From: a virus
Taxonomy: Duplodnaviria; Heunggongvirae; Uroviricota; Caudoviricetes
DNA length: 5,118 bases
Strand: one strand, 5' to 3'
IMG/VR virus record: IMGVR_UViG_2541047437_000023
Part shown: positions 4,923 to 5,118 of the stretch, piece after piece
Layout: each line of letters starts with the position of its first letter
Numbering within the stretch: the first letter of the stretch is position 1
The notes under the pieces: generated by a model
What the model saw: only the letters and a program-made list of their open reading frames with translations
What the model was told of the DNA's origin: nothing
Database searches by the model: none
Program-made: the position numbers and the translations under genes

Positions 4923-5118
4923 ATGAAGAAAAAATACGAACTGGTTGTTAAAGGGATAAATAATTACCCGGATAAGATTACTGTTACTGTGGCACTGGAA
5001 ATTGGTGGGTATCCGTCACTGTTGTTGCCAGATGTGGCGATTAGTCTTGACCGTACTGAAGGTGCCACGCTGGAGTTTTACGAAGCTGAGGCGAAAAAGC
5101 AGGCGAAGCAGTTTTTCA
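4923..5118 (+). CDS. DUF1327 family protein (YdfR-like), 5' partial: continues beyond window end
   Basis: ATG 4923 lies 4 nt after the holin stop, with an SD (GGGGAGAG) in the holin 3' end. The N-terminus MKKKYELVVKGINNYPDKITVTVALEIGGYPSLL resembles the YdfR-type protein found between holin and endolysin in Qin-type and EHEC prophages, as I remember it. Open to the end of the window. Confidence 0.7.
   Translation, partial: MKKKYELVVKGINNYPDKITVTVALEIGGYPSLLLPDVAISLDRTEGATLEFYEAEAKKQAKQFF

Larger units (their letters stand above)
1..5118 (+). mobile_element. Segment of a lambdoid prophage late region (terminator - DNA MTase - tRNA cluster - nanS-p - small ORFs - holin - DUF1327)
   Basis: All supported genes are on the + strand in the order seen in late regions of lambdoid/Stx-type prophages: phage-type tRNA genes for rare codons, nanS-p-type esterase, 71-aa S21-like holin, YdfR-like gene. 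No integrase or attachment site lies in the window, so the boundaries are unknown. Confidence 0.8.

Noticed and set aside
1-5118. CRISPR arrays, IS elements or integrase/att sites
   Set aside because: No array of regularly spaced direct repeats, no terminal inverted repeats with a transposase ORF, and no integrase-like ORF were seen in the window.

Overview
This window reads as one co-directional (+ strand) stretch of a lambdoid prophage late region from an enterobacterial host (E. coli/Shigella-like), with the architecture of the toxin/moron locus of Stx-converting phages but without stx genes. In order: a strong intrinsic terminator (34-60, possibly tR'); an orphan beta-class amino-DNA methyltransferase (198-1256); a tRNA cluster with intact tRNA-Ile(CAU) and tRNA-Arg(UCU) flanking a decayed tRNA-like remnant; a ~520-bp gene-free spacer with terminator hairpins; the prophage sialate O-acetylesterase nanS-p (2053-3990); two small ORFs of unknown function (a single-pass membrane peptide and a very acidic 89-aa protein); a 71-aa class II pinholin with a dual-start motif (4703-4918); and the 5' part of a DUF1327/YdfR-like gene running off the window. 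Most of this is a recognisable, already-described arrangement. The parts I cannot explain from known biology are the empty toxin-position spacer with its oppositely oriented hairpins, the two small ORFs between nanS-p and the holin, and the specificity and role of the methyltransferase. All calls come from reading the sequence and motifs by eye; no database search was run.
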